Source: an uncultured Elusimicrobia bacterium (GTDB lineage: Bacteria; Elusimicrobiota; Elusimicrobia; 2-01-FULL-59-12). From it: a stretch of 64,000 bases of DNA. A program made the translations under genes and the position numbers. The notes beneath the pieces are model-generated. The model was not told the DNA's origin. It worked only from the letters and a program-made list of their open reading frames with translations, and did no database searches. The stretch covers positions 2,208,001 to 2,272,000 of the forward strand of contig OY969767.1 of assembly GCA_963702895.1 (NCBI GenBank), read 5' to 3'. Numbering within the stretch: position 1 is the first letter of the stretch; every line of letters begins with the position of its first letter. Positions 61,582 to 64,000 of this stretch are shown piece by piece.

Positions 61582-63081
61582 ATGAAAACAATCCATAGAG
61601 TCTATCACGGGAAGGCCGGCCGTTTTCGCCCCGTTCGACGGTTCACAAGGGCGTCGTGGGCCGTTCTTTTGTCTTTTTCCATCGCGATCTCCACGCTTCT
61701 TCCCGTCTCAAGTTTCGCGGCAGGCCCGGGGACAACGAGCGGCGATCTCCTCAAGGTCCCGGTCAGCGCCCGCGCGATCGGCATGGGCGAAGCCTACACG
61801 GCGCTCGCCAACGATTCGTCCGCCCTCGACTGGAACCCCGCGGGCATGTCCTTTATGCAGCAGAAGGAAGCGGCCTTCATGCACTCATCGCTCTACGAAG
61901 GCATCCATTATGAGCGCCTGGCCTTTGCCGCCCCTGGCGACAGCTATTCTTACGGAGCGTCCATGTCCTATCTGGGATATGGCTCGATGGAAGGCTTCGA
62001 CAACAACGGAATCCCCATCGGCGATCAGTCCGCCTACTCGTATCTTTTGACCGGCGGCCTGGCCTCGATGGTGCACGACCGCCTGTCCCTGGGCGTGACC
62101 GCCTCTTACCTCCGTCAAAAACTGGCGGACACCTCCGCCGGTACCGCGGTCTTTAATACCGGTATCCTCTACGAGCTCGCCTCGCGCCCGTGGGGCGGAG
62201 CCTACCGGCTGGGATTTTCGGCCTTGAACCTGGGACCGGGCCTCGAATTTGTCTCCGAGTCGAACCCGCTCCCTCGCAAATACAGGTTCGGCGCTTCGGC
62301 CCTGCATCTCAAGGATTTGCCCCTGAATCTGGCGGCGGACGTTCTCATGCCCAATGACAACTCGACGACGTTTTCCATGGGTTCGGAATATTGGTTTAAA
62401 GAGATGATCGCGCTGCGCTTGGGCTACGCGGGCTCGCGCGATGAGGGGAGCGGTCTGCGCCTGGGCTTCGGCTTTCGTCACCGGGATATTCTCTTCGACT
62501 ATGCCTTTAGTGACCAGGGGGACCTGGGATCGGCGCATCGCTTCGAGATGATGTTCCGCTGGGGGGACCGGATGCATCCGCTCAACCGCGAACAGCGCGC
62601 GATCCTCAAGGAAGCCAAGCGCGCGGGGACGGAGCAGGATTTTGTGCAGGAGATCCTCACGCTCAACGAGATCTTAAACACGGACCCGACCAATGACCGG
62701 ATTTTGCGAAAGATGATTCTAGCGCATGAAGCGATGCTCAAGAACGAGCTCCAGGACGTGATGACGGCCGACGGCCGACCAGCCCCTCCGGAAGAGGAGA
62801 TTCCATCGCCTGAGGAATTCGCGCTGCAGGACATGGTGCCCGGGCAGCAGGCGATCGTGAGCAACACCGTGCCTGCCAATTTTGACCCTGCCGACCCGCT
62901 CGGGCTCGGGAACCTCCCCGACACCCTCAGCCATCAAGCCCCCGCGGCGACGCCCGGCGTTGTGAGCGCGCCTTCGGCCGTGCCGGCCGTCGAGAAGGCC
63001 GCCGCGAGCTTCGATGCAGACATCTCCGCCGGTCCGGAATCCGACGGGATCCTGCTCAAACCCAGCGACATCTACAACTAA
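61582..63081 (+). CDS. PorV/PorQ-family (UPF0164) outer-membrane beta-barrel with a C-terminal low-complexity extension
   Basis: LKVPVSARAIGMGEAYTALANDSSALDWNPAG signature; amphipathic strands ending FDYAF..GDLGSAHRF. Confidence 0.85.
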   Translation: MKTIHRVYHGKAGRFRPVRRFTRASWAVLLSFSIAISTLLPVSSFAAGPGTTSGDLLKVPVSARAIGMGEAYTALANDSSALDWNPAGMSFMQQKEAAFMHSSLYEGIHYERLAFAAPGDSYSYGASMSYLGYGSMEGFDNNGIPIGDQSAYSYLLTGGLASMVHDRLSLGVTASYLRQKLADTSAGTAVFNTGILYELASRPWGGAYRLGFSALNLGPGLEFVSESNPLPRKYRFGASALHLKDLPLNLAADVLMPNDNSTTFSMGSEYWFKEMIALRLGYAGSRDEGSGLRLGFGFRHRDILFDYAFSDQGDLGSAHRFEMMFRWGDRMHPLNREQRAILKEAKRAGTEQDFVQEILTLNEILNTDPTNDRILRKMILAHEAMLKNELQDVMTADGRPAPPEEEIPSPEEFALQDMVPGQQAIVSNTVPANFDPADPLGLGNLPDTLSHQAPAATPGVVSAPSAVPAVEKAAASFDADISAGPESDGILLKPSDIYN

Positions 63082-63168
63082 GGGACGTTCCATCACAAAC
63101 GTCACAAACTCCTGCATCTTTGCGCTTGGTGCTCTGAAGTTTGTGACGTTTGTGATGGAACGTCCCTT
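63080..63168. repeat. REP-like hairpin directly at the PorV-like stop codon
   Basis: Same arms as 37709-37802 with a different loop. Confidence 0.9.
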
Positions 63169-63200
63169 CGTCGTATGGACTATGAGGGATGCGGGCTTTT

Positions 63201-63273
63201 AGCCGACGATAGGACTCGAACCTACAACCTGCTGTTTACAAAACAGCTGCTCTACCAATTGAGCTACGTCGGC
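63201..63273 (-). tRNA. tRNA-Thr(TGT)
   Basis: GCCGACG acceptor stem, GCTC/GAGC D-stem, GCTGT-TTTGTAA-ACAGC anticodon arm, GGTTCGAGTCC; CCA not encoded. Confidence 0.95.
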
Positions 63274-63292
63274 TAAAAGCCCGCCACCACTA

Positions 63293-63399
63293 AACCTGCT
63301 GCATACAAAACAGCTGCTCTACCCATTCCCGCCACACGACGATCGGGCCCGCCATAGCTCGCCACTCTTCTGGCGAGCGCCGGCGGGAGCTACGTCGGC
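63293..63399 (-). pseudogene. tRNA-Thr 5'-half copy with a ~60-bp CCCGCC..GGCGGG hairpin in the D-loop
   Basis: Matches 63226-63273 apart from the insert 63328-63387 and 3 substitutions. Confidence 0.8.
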
Positions 63400-63421
63400 A
63401 AAATCTTCAAATACCAAGAAC

Positions 63422-63820
63422 TTATGCATGGCTCTTGAAACGACTGAGATCAAGAATATGCTTGTCATAATCAATGATAGTTCGGCAACGCCGTAGAAAA
63501 TTTAACCCAATGAAACCGCTGATCTCAGGAATCTCTGGAATATCTTGGCAGGTGACAGCAACGTGATGTGCATAAGCACTTCCAATCCGCATCTCAAGAA
63601 CAAGGACGGACGGAATTTTAATGCTGCCATTGGCCGTGATAATCGTCACCTTTCGATGTGACCCACTTAATTTATAGCCCAGGCTAATAGCGAGTTCAGT
63701 GGAAATTGAACAGTATTCTGCTCCTGTATCAAGCAAGAGGTCGGCTTTCTGAACGGTTTTCGGCCCCGTGATAACCGATGGAAGAATGATAGGCCCTGCA
63801 GGTTGAAGCGGAAATCTCAA
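63422..63820 (-). CDS. Retropepsin-like (clan AA) aspartyl protease
   Basis: LLDTGA, ITANG and GFIGLNFL motifs; TTG start overlaps the upstream stop. Confidence 0.88.
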   Translation of the reverse strand: MRFPLQPAGPIILPSVITGPKTVQKADLLLDTGAEYCSISTELAISLGYKLSGSHRKVTIITANGSIKIPSVLVLEMRIGSAYAHHVAVTCQDIPEIPEISGFIGLNFLRRCRTIIDYDKHILDLSRFKSHA

Positions 63821-64000
63821 AAGAAGAAACCTACGCCACGCGGGACAACCGGCCCGTTAAACGTAATGTAAACGTTATTCAACCCCTTGCGATCAATAAA
63901 ATCATGAATGGATTTTCTTGTCTTCGCAGTGCCCAACACATCTCCTTCAACAGCGGGTTTCTCTCTTCGAATCTTGAAAACCATCCACTGATTTTTAAAC
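63817..64000 (-). CDS. Small protein (DUF5678-like) coupled to the aspartyl protease; partial
   Basis: Manual translation ...FKNQWMVFKIRREKPAVEGDVLGTAKTRKSIHDF...YITFNGPVVPRGVGFFF*; TTGA overlap. Confidence 0.6.
   Translation of the reverse strand, partial: FKNQWMVFKIRREKPAVEGDVLGTAKTRKSIHDFIDRKGLNNVYITFNGPVVPRGVGFFF

Overview
This is a GC-rich bacterial cell-surface and secretome region. The gene families suggest Elusimicrobiota or a similar diderm lineage, which is an inference only. Left to right it contains: (i) at least six tandem, 4-bp-overlapping genes for secreted parallel beta-helix proteins (<1-20014, minus strand) with conserved ends and shuffled middles; the five complete ones end in a FlgD-Ig/T9SS-type-A-like C-terminal domain. 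(ii) A divergent S8-subtilase plus metzincin protease with the same tail. (iii) An IS110/IS1111-type element whose non-coding end matches its own insertion junction. (iv) An M48 lipoprotease and minor type IV pilin genes (PilV/W/X-like). (v) Two paralogous cassettes (Cys-rich repeat protein, foldase-like lipoprotein, second lipoprotein) with near-identical arms but divergent interiors, invaded by one DDE IS and two IS256 copies. (vi) A 4695-aa modular fibre-like secreted protein. (vii) An FN3 protein with a type-B-like CTD, a PorV-family barrel, tRNA-Tyr and tRNA-Thr, and an aspartyl-protease gene pair. Across the window runs a set of tiny palindromic elements (7/8-mer-armed hairpins, REP/RPE-like elements, CCGCC..GGCGG mini-hairpins). 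They nest inside each other, sit in frame at fixed sites in proteins, and interrupt duplicated tRNA copies. No CRISPR array, rRNA or reverse transcriptase was seen. All family assignments come from reading motifs by eye; no searches were run.
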